From Blastocatellia bacterium (GTDB taxonomy: Bacteria; Acidobacteriota; Blastocatellia; UBA7656): 64,000 nt of DNA. How positions within the stretch are numbered: the first letter of the stretch is position 1; the number at the start of each line of letters is the position of its first letter. The position numbers and the translations under genes are program-made. Under the pieces are notes generated by a model that was not told where the DNA came from, made no database searches, and saw nothing but the letters and a program-made list of their open reading frames with translations. The stretch is from positions 96,001 to 160,000 of the forward strand of contig CAVXWP010000006.1 in the NCBI GenBank assembly GCA_963765495.1. The letters are read 5' to 3'. Below, one piece after another: positions 48,879-58,649 of the stretch.

Positions 48879-49763
48879 ATGAGCAACCGCGTGTTTGGAG
48901 GGCTTACACTAAAAGAACTGGCAAAAAGAACCTGGCACGAGCTTAATGACGACAGCGCTTTCGGCAGGGCCGCCGAACTTGCCTATTATTTCGTGCTGGC
49001 GCTCTTTCCCATGCTGATTTTCCTGACCAGCCTTGTAGGGTTAATGCCCGAAATTCAACAGAACATTCTGAGCGCGGTCGCAAGAGTCGCCCCCAGAGAG
49101 GCCATGAGACTGGTGAGAGATTTTCTGGCCGACGTGGTCGAAAATCGCAGCACCAGTTTGATCTCAATCGGCATACTCGGCACGCTCTGGGCGGCTTCGA
49201 CAGGCGTGGTGGCCGTGATGGATACGCTCAATGCGGCTTACGAAGCGGAGGAGGGACGCCCCTTCTGGAAGACGCGACTTGTAGCGATGGGATTGACCAT
49301 AGCGATGACGATACTTGTCGTAGGCGGAACGGCGCTGCTGATATTCGCGCGAAAGCTCAGTGCCTGGGTCGGGATTCACCTCGGGCTGGGAACCACCTTC
49401 ACCGTCTTCTCAAGCCTGTTGGGCTACATCGTAGGGCTGATCGAGTTATTCATAGGGCTTGAGATACTCTATTACTTCGGTCCTAATGTCAAAAAGCGAT
49501 GGCGATGGTTTTCGCCCGGCGCCGTTTTCGCCGCCGCCGGTGTCATCGCAGTATCGTTGTTGCTTTCCCTCTATCTGCGGTTCGCTCCCAGTTATAGCGC
49601 GACCTACGGGAGTCTGGGCGCTGTGGTTATCCTTATGCTGTGGCTGTACCTTGTGGGGCTGGTATTGATAACCGGCGGAGAGATTGATTCCGAGATCAGG
49701 CTTGCGCTGGGCAAACCGACTATAGAGAAAGAACAACCAGTCGAGCACAAACAGGCGGCCTGA
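48879..49763 (+). CDS. YihY/virulence factor BrkB family membrane protein
   Basis: AAELAYYFVLALFP, LNAAY, YSATYGSLGAVVILMLWLY. Confidence 0.92.
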   Translation: MSNRVFGGLTLKELAKRTWHELNDDSAFGRAAELAYYFVLALFPMLIFLTSLVGLMPEIQQNILSAVARVAPREAMRLVRDFLADVVENRSTSLISIGILGTLWAASTGVVAVMDTLNAAYEAEEGRPFWKTRLVAMGLTIAMTILVVGGTALLIFARKLSAWVGIHLGLGTTFTVFSSLLGYIVGLIELFIGLEILYYFGPNVKKRWRWFSPGAVFAAAGVIAVSLLLSLYLRFAPSYSATYGSLGAVVILMLWLYLVGLVLITGGEIDSEIRLALGKPTIEKEQPVEHKQAA

Positions 49764-49811
49764 TGGTTATCAGCAGGCATTCCAGAGATTCCCTTTTATC
49801 TCTCATCCTTT

Positions 49812-50504
49812 CTATGTCGTTTCAGCCAGCAGGTGGTTTTCGACGAAACTGAAATGGCCGCCCCGGCCTACGATGATGTGGTCTATCACGCGGATGTCTA
49901 TGGTGCGGGCCACCTCGACTATTGAGCGAGTCAGCCGCTTGTCTTCGGGCGAGGGGTCGGTGTGTCCGCTCGGATGGTTGTGAACCAGGATCAACCCGGC
50001 CGCGTGAAAGCGAAGCGCCGCTTCGATGATTCGGCGCGGATAAATGACCGCCCGGTCTACTGTGCCTTCCTGTATGATCTCGCTTTCGATGACCTCGTTT
50101 TTGACGTTCAGATAGATCACCATGAAGACTTCGTGTGTGAGACCGGCTATCTTCAGCCGCGCAAAATCGAGCACCGATTGCGGAGATGAGAGAACATCTT
50201 TTCTTTGCATCCCTTCGGCCAGGTATGCGCCGCACATCTCTTTGACCAGACGAATGAGGACGGCAGAAGTGGGGCCGAGTTCGGGAAATGTTTCAAGCTC
50301 GGTCTGGGTGGCATCCAGCACCGCGGCAAGCGAGCCAAATCGCTTGAGCATCTCTTTGGCGGCGGGCTTTACATCTTTTCTCGGTATGGCGTAAGTCAGA
50401 AGCAATTCCAGCAACTCATAATCGTGCAGCCCTTCGGCTCCCGCTCTTTGAAACCGCTCCCTCAGGCGTTTTCTGTGGTCCGCGTAATGTGGCTTTTCTT
50501 CCAT
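49812..50504 (-). CDS. radC: RadC family JAB-domain protein
   Basis: HRKRLRERF, DYELLELLL, HNHPSG..PSPED..DHIIVG. Confidence 0.94.
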   Translation of the reverse strand: MEEKPHYADHRKRLRERFQRAGAEGLHDYELLELLLTYAIPRKDVKPAAKEMLKRFGSLAAVLDATQTELETFPELGPTSAVLIRLVKEMCGAYLAEGMQRKDVLSSPQSVLDFARLKIAGLTHEVFMVIYLNVKNEVIESEIIQEGTVDRAVIYPRRIIEAALRFHAAGLILVHNHPSGHTDPSPEDKRLTRSIVEVARTIDIRVIDHIIVGRGGHFSFVENHLLAETT

Positions 50505-50528
50505 CTTGCAAGTGTACCTTCGGTTTCT

Positions 50529-52340
50529 TTAGCGCAGGGGCCAGACAAGCGGCAGTAGCAGCATCACGACCAGAAAGAGCAGTATCGTCATGGGGAAACC
50601 TATCTTTACATAGTCGCGAAAGCGATAGCCCCCGGGTCCCATAACGAGTATGTTCACCGGATGCCCGAGCGGCGTGAGGAAGGCCATAGATGTAGCAAGG
50701 GCGACTGCCATCGCAAGCGAGCGGGGATCGGTGCCCATGCGCTGGGCCGCGCCGATTGCCACGGGTGCGACTATAGCGGCGACAGCCGCTCCATTCATCG
50801 CCTGCGACAAGAGAGTCGTCAGGATAAAAAAACCGGCAAGCATCGCAAGAGGCCCGACGCCGCCCAGTGTGTTTATCAAACCTTTTGCCATAAGAGAGGC
50901 GGCTCCGGTCTTTGACATGGCGATGCCCATCGGCAACATCCCGGCGATCAGAAAGACGCTTTTCCAGTCAATCGCTCCGTAGGCATCATCGACCGAAAGC
51001 ACGCGAACGAGCATCATCAAAAGCGCCCCGCCCAGCATGATCTCTCCTATCAGAGATGAATGCAGGGCCGCAAAAAACAGGGTCGTCACCATGATGAGCA
51101 TCGCGAGCCACCCCTTGCCCAGTTCCAGCGAGGTCTCCTTTTCGTCATGAGAGAGCACGATAAGATCAGACTCTTCGCGCAGGACGGCTAGTCGCTCGCG
51201 CGGCCCCTGCAACAGGAGGGCGTCGCCAAACTGGAGCGGCAGTTCGGTGAGTTTGGAATAAACCTGCTCGCCCGCGCGCCAGATTGCAAGCACCGTCATG
51301 CCGTACTTCAATCGAAAATGCGCGCCTCGAAGGGTCTGGCCTATCAGGCGGGAGCGAGGCGAGAGCATAGCTTCGGCAACGACGATGGTCTGGCTTTCCA
51401 GATCGCGCTCGCGCCAGTCACGACCGGGCAATATTTCAAGATAAGGCTCGACATCACGCCGCTTGAAATCCTTCAGGTTGCCTTCGAATATAAGTATGTC
51501 TCCCTCGTTTAAGATGGATTCGGGCGAGGGCGAAAACCTCACGCTCCCGTTGCGCTCTATTGCGACCACGTTCAGCCCGTATGCCTCGCGTAGCGTGCTT
51601 TCGGCAAGCGGCCTGCCGCTCAGATAAGACCCTTCCGGCACTCGCGCTCGAAACAATCGCTCGCTCATGCGATACACATCAACCAGATCGCCGTCGCCTC
51701 GACTCATGGCGTGCAGGCTCTCTTCGGCCGACTGCGCGGGCAAAAGCCGCCTGCCCCACAATGCCATGTAGACAATTCCGACTATCACGAGCGGCAGTCC
51801 CACGGGCGCGAAATCCTGAAGAGCGAAGCCTTCAAGCCCGTTGTCCCTGAGCAGAGAGCTTACGACTATATTGGTAGTCGTAAGCAGGGTCGCCATGCCG
51901 CCCAGAATCGTGGCAAAGGCCAGAGGCATAAGCAAACGCGAAGGCTTGACCCCGGCCTTGTGAGCCGCGCCCGAAACCGCAGGCAACAGGACCGACGCGG
52001 CGGCGATGTTGTTCATAAACAGCGAGAGAAAAGAACCTGCCACCATCACAACTACCACGAGCCGCCGCTCGCTCTTTCCGGCTACCTTGAGCAAAATATT
52101 GCCCACTTTTTCTGTGACACCCGTGCGTTGCAGCCCCTCGGCAAGTATGAAGATTGCCGCGATAGTGATTACCGCCGAGCGGGAAAACCCGGAGAAAGCC
52201 TCCTGAGTCGTAAGCACGCCGGTAATGCCGAGCGCGAAGACTACGAGAAAGGCGACGAGGTCGGCGCGCAGCCGGTCGCTCAAAAACAGCGCCATCGCCA
52301 GCCCAAGGACGACAAGAGTGATTATTAGAGGATTCCCCAT
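50529..52340 (-). CDS. SLC13/DASS family permease with two TrkA-C domains
   Basis: FMNNIAA, LAFATILGGMATL, FLTPLGHPVN..GGYRFRDY. Confidence 0.92.
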   Translation of the reverse strand: MGNPLIITLVVLGLAMALFLSDRLRADLVAFLVVFALGITGVLTTQEAFSGFSRSAVITIAAIFILAEGLQRTGVTEKVGNILLKVAGKSERRLVVVVMVAGSFLSLFMNNIAAASVLLPAVSGAAHKAGVKPSRLLMPLAFATILGGMATLLTTTNIVVSSLLRDNGLEGFALQDFAPVGLPLVIVGIVYMALWGRRLLPAQSAEESLHAMSRGDGDLVDVYRMSERLFRARVPEGSYLSGRPLAESTLREAYGLNVVAIERNGSVRFSPSPESILNEGDILIFEGNLKDFKRRDVEPYLEILPGRDWRERDLESQTIVVAEAMLSPRSRLIGQTLRGAHFRLKYGMTVLAIWRAGEQVYSKLTELPLQFGDALLLQGPRERLAVLREESDLIVLSHDEKETSLELGKGWLAMLIMVTTLFFAALHSSLIGEIMLGGALLMMLVRVLSVDDAYGAIDWKSVFLIAGMLPMGIAMSKTGAASLMAKGLINTLGGVGPLAMLAGFFILTTLLSQAMNGAAVAAIVAPVAIGAAQRMGTDPRSLAMAVALATSMAFLTPLGHPVNILVMGPGGYRFRDYVKIGFPMTILLFLVVMLLLPLVWPLR

Positions 52341-52490
52341 CACAAGCGGTCAAGCACCTTGCGGTAAAAGAATTATGAGACGACTGATCTCTGCCGCAAC
52401 CGTACCTCGCAAGTGACCGGGTGTCAAGTAACTGGCTAATTCAAGGCCGGTCAGGCTACCATATATTTACTTGCGCGAGCCGGGAAAACG

Positions 52491-53198
52491 ATGGGAGAAC
52501 GAATCACAAATACAGACGAGGTCGAAGAGATAGCCATATCGTTTGAGCGCGCGGCGCTTCGCGCCTACTGGGTTGAAATAGTCTTTGCTCTTGCCCTTGG
52601 TCTTTACGCCGTGCTTGCGGTGCTCGCTCACCGTTATGCTTATTTCAGATGGGATCTTGCGCTTGCCCGAAGCATTCAATCGGTGACGCTGCCGGGGTTT
52701 TACACCTTGATGGTCTGGGTATCCGCGCTCGGAAGCGGCTGGCTTTCTGTGGCGCTCGTTGTGGGCGCGGGCCTGTTTCTGATAGCAGCGCGATTGCGGC
52801 TGGAAGGCTTTATATGCATGGCAAGCGCAGGCCTGGGCGCTCTCATGAATTCAGGGCTGAAGTTATTGAGCGCCAGACCGCGACCCGATCAACTGCTTGT
52901 GCACGTGGTGACGAGCTACGATACCGACAGCTTCCCTTCGGGCCACGTGACTTTCTTTATAAGTTTTTTTGGATTTCTTTTCTTTCTTGCTTATGTGTTG
53001 CTCAGGCGCGGCCCGCTTCGGCGTGCGGCGCTCGCGCTGCTTGGCCTGGCTGTTGCGCTTGTTGGAGTCTCGCGCGTGTATCTGGGCGCGCACTGGCCAA
53101 GCGATGTAGCAGGGTCTTATCTTGCGGGCGGAATGTGGCTGCTATTGATGATAGAAATATACCGGCGACTGAAATCGAACGAGATTCGTGATTCGTGA
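52491..53198 (+). CDS. PAP2 family membrane phosphatase
   Basis: K..SARPRP, SFPSGH, SRVYLGAHWPSDV. Confidence 0.92.
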   Translation: MGERITNTDEVEEIAISFERAALRAYWVEIVFALALGLYAVLAVLAHRYAYFRWDLALARSIQSVTLPGFYTLMVWVSALGSGWLSVALVVGAGLFLIAARLRLEGFICMASAGLGALMNSGLKLLSARPRPDQLLVHVVTSYDTDSFPSGHVTFFISFFGFLFFLAYVLLRRGPLRRAALALLGLAVALVGVSRVYLGAHWPSDVAGSYLAGGMWLLLMIEIYRRLKSNEIRDS

Positions 53199-53281
53199 TT
53201 CGTGATCCGTGACCATTAAACATTCTGCTTATGAATAAGGTCATCTGTTTGAAATCACGGATCACGAATCACGAATCTCGT
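53179..53281. repeat. Heptamer palindrome, CGTGATT family, overlapping PAP2 stop
   Basis: ACGAGATTCGTGATTCGTGATTCGTGATCCGTGA ... TCACGGATCACGAATCACGAATCTCGT. Confidence 0.85.
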
Positions 53282-53373
53282 GACAGGGGCATTTGCTTGC
53301 CAATGCATAAGGCAATTGGTAGTATCACCACAAAATCAATCTTGCGAGAATTGTCGTAAACGGAGGACGAGCC

Positions 53374-55074
53374 ATGACTCGATTGAAGGAATTTCAAGGC
53401 ATCGAAGGCGCGGATTTCTTCGAGCTTGATCGAGGGTTTCAAACCATACTCGGCGGACTCCTTCCAGGACATGAAAAAGACTCCATATTTTTGTCCCTGC
53501 ACGAATGCGCGCGTCTCGTTTCAGGACCGTGGAACGATCTGGCCCGCGAGGGTAGCCGCGCTGAAAACCTGCCGAAGATCATCAAATATGATCGTGTGGG
53601 TAATCGAGTTGAGCGCGTTGATTTCGGGCCATACGCTCGCCGGTTGCGCCGCGAGGTCGCGGAGTTTGGCCTCCTCACAAACCGTCAAAGCGAACTCCAT
53701 AAATTCGCAATCATCTATCTGCTCTCTCATAACGGCGAAGCGTCGCTCACCTGCGGGATCAGTTGCACCGATGGATTGATTCGCGCTATCGAAGCCTGCG
53801 GCTCCGAATTTTTGCGCGAAACCTACCTGCCGCGCCTTCGCTCGATTGAGACCCCGTTTGCCGGAGCGCAGTTTGTAACCGAGCAATCGGGCGGCTCGGA
53901 TGTAGGCGCTATCGAAGCCGAGGCCGAAGTCGGCGACGACGGGTGGAAAATTACGGGCGAGAAATGGTTCTGCTCAAACCCGGATGAGTTCTATCTTGTG
54001 GCGGCGCGAGTCGCTCGCTCTGAGCCGGGCACAAAGGGGGTTGCGGTCTTTCACGTGCCGCGAGTCCTGCCCGACGGGTCGTTGAATTCGATCTCGTTTA
54101 AGAGGCTAAAGAACAAGCTTGGCACGCAGTCGCTGCCCACGGCAGAGATTGATTTCGAAGGCGCTACCGGATACCCGATTGGCGATACGGGTAAAGGGTT
54201 CAAGACGCTGATGAATTATGTTATCAATGCCTCGCGCGTCCATAACTCGACAGGCTCCTGCGGGCTTTTGCATCGAGCCTTCCTTGAAGCGCGCAACTAT
54301 GCCCGCCAGCGCGAAGCCTTTGGCGGCGCGCTTATCACTTACCCCCTGATTCAGGAAACGCTTGTCGCGCTTCTGGAAAAATCCTGGCGTTACCGCTTGC
54401 TGACCTTCAAGCTCATCGCGCTTATTGATGAGCACGGAATCGCCCCCCGCGACGCGGATCAGATGATGTGGCAGCGATTCCTTTTGAATCTGGCCAAGTA
54501 CCGCACTGCCGCTACGCTCGCGCGCTCGATACAGGAAGCGATAATGGTGCTCGGGGCAAACGGCATAGTGGAAGATTTCACGATCCTGCCCCGGCTGCTC
54601 AGAGACGCTTTGATACTGGAAACATGGGAAGGTCCACATAATACGCTCTGCCTGCAAATCATGCGAGACGCGGCGCGCTCAGAACTTCCCGGCCGCTGGG
54701 TGGCAGAGATCCAGGCGGCGCTCGAAGCCTGGCCACAGGACTTTCTTTCATTCACTCGAGCAGGTTTCGAGCAGGTTTTTAATCAGACAAAAGAACTCTT
54801 CACCCACGAGCGAATACAAAATACCGCCTGGGCATCAACGCACGCGCGGCGAGTCGTGGACCGGCTCGGCGCTTTGCTTGAGATAGCCTGGATGGCTAAC
54901 CTGGCCGCGCGCCATTCAAATGATGCGACCGCTGCTTTGTTGACCTCGGTGGCCGGATATAATTTGCTGCCGCTCGAAAACGCGTTCGAGCATCCGGCGC
55001 TCGGCGTGCTCGCGCGCGACGGGGTTTCTCTGATCGAAGAACAGGCTATTCAATCCGACGTAAACAGGTTGTAA
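53374..55074 (+). CDS. Acyl-CoA dehydrogenase family protein (AidB-like)
   Basis: TEQSGGSDV, GEKWFCS, RLKNKLG, RQREAFG, TWEGPHN. Confidence 0.88.
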   Translation: MTRLKEFQGIEGADFFELDRGFQTILGGLLPGHEKDSIFLSLHECARLVSGPWNDLAREGSRAENLPKIIKYDRVGNRVERVDFGPYARRLRREVAEFGLLTNRQSELHKFAIIYLLSHNGEASLTCGISCTDGLIRAIEACGSEFLRETYLPRLRSIETPFAGAQFVTEQSGGSDVGAIEAEAEVGDDGWKITGEKWFCSNPDEFYLVAARVARSEPGTKGVAVFHVPRVLPDGSLNSISFKRLKNKLGTQSLPTAEIDFEGATGYPIGDTGKGFKTLMNYVINASRVHNSTGSCGLLHRAFLEARNYARQREAFGGALITYPLIQETLVALLEKSWRYRLLTFKLIALIDEHGIAPRDADQMMWQRFLLNLAKYRTAATLARSIQEAIMVLGANGIVEDFTILPRLLRDALILETWEGPHNTLCLQIMRDAARSELPGRWVAEIQAALEAWPQDFLSFTRAGFEQVFNQTKELFTHERIQNTAWASTHARRVVDRLGALLEIAWMANLAARHSNDATAALLTSVAGYNLLPLENAFEHPALGVLARDGVSLIEEQAIQSDVNRL

Positions 55075-55321
55075 TCGGTATCGCACAGGGCGCGACGACG
55101 ACGAGTCGCCTCTCTTTCCTCTCGTTCGCCTGCGCGTCTTTCTTCGTTCTGTCAGTAAAGGCTCATTTCACTCAAACAAGATTGCAGACCGGGTAAGCCC
55201 GAGCGGGCACCCGCAATATTTGCCACTCGTTCGGCGTCTCTCTAGTTGAGAGCAAAATAACACTCGCAACCCAATATAGACAGGCACGGCTCGTCCGGGC
55301 CGGTGCCGGATAGGAGAAGAC

Positions 55322-56752
55322 ATGATTAGCATTGACACGCTCAATACGATGATTGCCGTGGTAGTCGTGATTCTTGTTTTAAGCCTGATTGTTCAGACAT
55401 TACAGGGGTTGATTAAGAAGCTTTTTAAGCTGAAATCGCAACAGATCGAATCGTCGCTGATAGACCTTTTTGAAAATGCGCTCAACGCCTCCGAAAGCGA
55501 TATACCAAAACGGTATGAGAGCCTCCTTGCGCGTTTCAGGATAATGAGATGGCTATATGCGAAGGTCATGAGAAGAGAGCATCCGTCTGTTCAACTCGAC
55601 CCCAGGGTCCAGGCGCTATATCAGGAGGTGACGAAAAAGTTCAAGCAGGTAGGCCGCGTAGCCGTAACCGGCAAACCGGATTATGAATCCATAGCCAGAA
55701 ACGATTTGCTCAAGGTCATGGACAGGCTTCCAATCAAGACGCTGTTTCCTGAGTTTGCGACCAAAATTCAAACGGCCTGCGATCAGATCAGGTCGCTTGA
55801 AGCTGATCTGAAAAAGATACAGGACGAAGGATTGGCCGTTCACCTCAGCGAAACATCGGCCATCAAGTTTAGCGCCATGCGCGAAGCCGTCGCGCCGCTT
55901 CTCAACGATACCGGTTCGTTGCTGGCCGGAGGTGCAGTCAACCCGGAATCAATCGCCGCAGACATATTCAACCTGCGCGAGATCAAATTCACTGATATCC
56001 TGAAGATCCTCAATGACGTTCAGGCCAGTGCCGAACAAGACCTCAACGCGGCCAGACAAGGCGGCGATCAAATCAAGATCGACGGTCTTGGCGCTCTGGT
56101 AGAGGCGCTAAAGCGGGTGAACGATGCGCTCATCAAATTCAGGGTAGAAGTGGCCTCGGCGATCACGCCCCTGCGCGACAAACTGCTAAAGGTGAGAACC
56201 GAAGTCTCAACATGGTACGACACCGTGATGCAGAGCTTCGAAGAACGATACAGCCGCAGCATGAAGACTTACGCTGTGATACTCAGTTTTTTGGTGGTTG
56301 TCTTTTTCAACGCCAACTTCTTTAACATCTACTCAAGCATTGCCGGAAACGCGATGTTGCAGGCTCAACTTGCAGAGTTGGGGCAGACCATAAATAGCCA
56401 GGCCGCCAATCAGGGAAATCAACCGGCCACGCAACCGAACCAGGCGCAGGCAGATCAGTCATTCGCTCAGTTGAAAGAGCAGATGGATCAATACGCGAAC
56501 CTGGGATTTAAGCCGCTCACCCTGCAACAGGCAAGCGTCTGGTGGCACGCATGGACGCTCAGCACATACCAGCTAAAGCAGGACGGGCGGGTGCTGCTCG
56601 GGTGGCTGGTTATGACGCTATTGCTCAGCATAGGCGCGCCCTTCTGGCAGGATACCCTGGAGTCGCTGTTTGGCGTCAAGAACCTGATACGCAAGAAAGG
56701 CGACATAAGAAAGGTCGAAGAACAAAGCGGCGAAGGGATGACTAAATCTTAA
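55322..56752 (+). CDS. Uncharacterised membrane protein (GAPFW family) with long helical insert
   Basis: N-terminal TM, WYDTVMQSFEERY, C-terminal GWLVMTLLLSIGAPFWQD; AGGAG RBS. Confidence 0.75.
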   Translation: MISIDTLNTMIAVVVVILVLSLIVQTLQGLIKKLFKLKSQQIESSLIDLFENALNASESDIPKRYESLLARFRIMRWLYAKVMRREHPSVQLDPRVQALYQEVTKKFKQVGRVAVTGKPDYESIARNDLLKVMDRLPIKTLFPEFATKIQTACDQIRSLEADLKKIQDEGLAVHLSETSAIKFSAMREAVAPLLNDTGSLLAGGAVNPESIAADIFNLREIKFTDILKILNDVQASAEQDLNAARQGGDQIKIDGLGALVEALKRVNDALIKFRVEVASAITPLRDKLLKVRTEVSTWYDTVMQSFEERYSRSMKTYAVILSFLVVVFFNANFFNIYSSIAGNAMLQAQLAELGQTINSQAANQGNQPATQPNQAQADQSFAQLKEQMDQYANLGFKPLTLQQASVWWHAWTLSTYQLKQDGRVLLGWLVMTLLLSIGAPFWQDTLESLFGVKNLIRKKGDIRKVEEQSGEGMTKS

Positions 56753-56778
56753 ATCATTACCGCAAGAGATTGGAACGG

Positions 56779-56910
56779 ATGAAAGGGTGTGAAGAGCTGA
56801 TTTTTTTAGACAGGATTAAGGATTAACAGGATTTCTCCAGGCATCATTCAACAATCTTGTTAATCTTGTTAATCCTGTCTGATTTTTTCGCTCTTCACGC
56901 ACACTTTCAT
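56779..56910. repeat. ACAGGATT palindrome nested inside another hairpin
   Basis: Outer ATGAAAGGGTGTGAAGAGC / GCTCTTCACGCACACTTTCAT; inner AGACAGGATTAA...TTAATCCTGTCT. Confidence 0.75.
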
Positions 56911-56942
56911 TTGCACAAAGCTCTTGCGGTCTGATTTACCAG

Positions 56943-57098
56943 CAGGGCTATTGCAAAGTAGCTTGACATGTATGGTAGGGGCAGGGCTTGTCCCTGCCCG
57001 GATCGCCCGAAGGGCGATGACTGTCATCGCGCTTACGCGCGATTCGGGCAGCCACAAGGGCTGCCCCTACATTTTTGCTCGACTTTGCAATAGCCCTG
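56943..57098. mobile_element. 156-bp MITE with 17-bp TIRs and 10-bp target duplication, carrying a GTAG REP-like palindrome
   Basis: CAGGGCTATTGCAAAGT / ACTTTGCAATAGCCCTG; GATTTACCAG at 56933-56942 and 57099-57108. Confidence 0.9.
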
Positions 57099-57270
57099 GA
57101 TTTACCAGCCCTGTGCTTGCAAAAAACTTCGGTTTCCTTAAGACTTTAAGTATGTGGAGCTTTATAAGAAAAGATTCCAGTGACTGCCGGATGCCGGTCT
57201 TTCATCCCTGAACACCGCGAACGTCCATTCGCCCCGGCTCGGCACGAGCACAAACATTAAGGGGGAACGG

Positions 57271-57792
57271 ATGCTCAATTTTATCAAGAAACTCTTGCCT
57301 GACCCGGAGCAATTGCGCAGGGATTTGCAGCAGGGCGATGGTGGCGACCTCTTTAGGCGACGCGCCATCATAGGTTTGTCGCTATTTGGCATGGCCAACA
57401 TGGCGGCGGTCACTCTGTTGCAAAACGGCATGGTGAAACGTCTGCCGGAGTTGCCGCTCGATAGCTTCGATGCAAGGAAGGTCAACTTATCGCTGACTGC
57501 CTATCAATTTGGCGCGCCCGACGGCACGCTCGGGCTGGCGAGCCTCGCTCTCAACCTGCCGCTTGCGGCATTTGGCGGCTCTCATAGAGCGAACGAACAA
57601 TCGATGGTTCCGATTCTTGCGGCGGCCAAGGCTGCGCTCGATGCGGCTGCTGCGGGCTGGTTCTTCTACCACATGCCAGCGAAAGAGAAAGCCTGGTGTA
57701 GTTACTGCATTGCGGGCGCTGCGACAAATTTTGCGATCCTTGCGCTCGCGTGGCCGGAGGCGCGCAAGGCATTGAAATTGCTGAAAGAATAA
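57271..57792 (+). CDS. Vitamin K epoxide reductase family protein
   Basis: Four hydrophobic segments, PDG..G motif, AWCSYC active-site CXXC. Confidence 0.82.
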   Translation: MLNFIKKLLPDPEQLRRDLQQGDGGDLFRRRAIIGLSLFGMANMAAVTLLQNGMVKRLPELPLDSFDARKVNLSLTAYQFGAPDGTLGLASLALNLPLAAFGGSHRANEQSMVPILAAAKAALDAAAAGWFFYHMPAKEKAWCSYCIAGAATNFAILALAWPEARKALKLLKE

Positions 57793-57878
57793 GAGGGCGC
57801 AGATGGCCTGAAAACTTACGGCCATCAACCCTGTCGAGACCTTGTGAGACAGATCGAACAGATTTAACGGGGGGAATT

Positions 57879-58451
57879 ATGTTGTTTATACGCAAAAAAC
57901 GGGAAGTAAATGTCTGGAAGGGGCTGGCCGCCGGACTCGTCGCCGGGCTTGTGTCCAGTTATGCAATGAACGGGTTTCAGGCTCTCTGGAGCAAGCTGTC
58001 TGAAAACGGCAACGATTCCGAGGATCAGAAATCTTCAAAGCGAGAAGCAAAAAGCGAAGGAGCAAAAAACAAAGGAGCAAAGAGCGAAGAAGAGAGCGAA
58101 GACGCTACGGTGAAGACGGCCTCAGCCATATCTGAAAACGTCTTTGATCACAGATTGACAAAGAGCGAAAAGAAGGTAGCCGGTCCGGCGGTTCACTATT
58201 CATTCGGGACGGCGATGGGCGGATTTTACGGCGCGATGGCCGAGTTTGTGCCTGCTTTTACGACGGGGGCGGGCGCTCCGTTTGGCGCGGCCGTATGGGC
58301 TGCGGCGGATGAGGTGGCGCTGCCCGCACTGGGGTTGACGAAATCTCCAACCGAGTATCCGATCTCTAATCACGCGTACGCGCTCGCTTCACACATAGTT
58401 TATGGTGTGACGACTGATGCCGTACGCCGTCTCGTGCGCAGGGCGCTCTGA
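57879..58451 (+). CDS. DUF1440 family membrane protein
   Basis: GLAAGLVAG, VHYSFG, ALASHIVYG. Confidence 0.8.
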   Translation: MLFIRKKREVNVWKGLAAGLVAGLVSSYAMNGFQALWSKLSENGNDSEDQKSSKREAKSEGAKNKGAKSEEESEDATVKTASAISENVFDHRLTKSEKKVAGPAVHYSFGTAMGGFYGAMAEFVPAFTTGAGAPFGAAVWAAADEVALPALGLTKSPTEYPISNHAYALASHIVYGVTTDAVRRLVRRAL

Positions 58452-58649
58452 TGACAGGGGCCGATTGTCTGCTTGTGAAGAAGAGATTGAATCGAGATGA
58501 GCAGGATCAGGGTAATAACAACCGAGTGAGGGGAAGCGGATCGGGCTAATTTGCGCCGATCCGCAAAAACACGCATGCGCGCATATGTCTCATCCCGTCC
58601 ATCTGCGGGCTATTGCCTGTTATGCTGATTCAACTGCACAGAAACACTT

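Noticed and set aside
49812-50504. radC as a mobile-element marker
   Set aside because: Full-length chromosomal type with no integrase or conjugation genes nearby.
55075-55321. Possible riboswitch/ncRNA in the leader of the 55322 gene
   Set aside because: Only generic GC hairpins; no known aptamer consensus recognised. An Rfam search would be needed.
56924-57211. 95-aa ORF similar to the TonB protein tail
   Set aside because: It is a translation of the MITE cassette, with no RBS or independent coding evidence.
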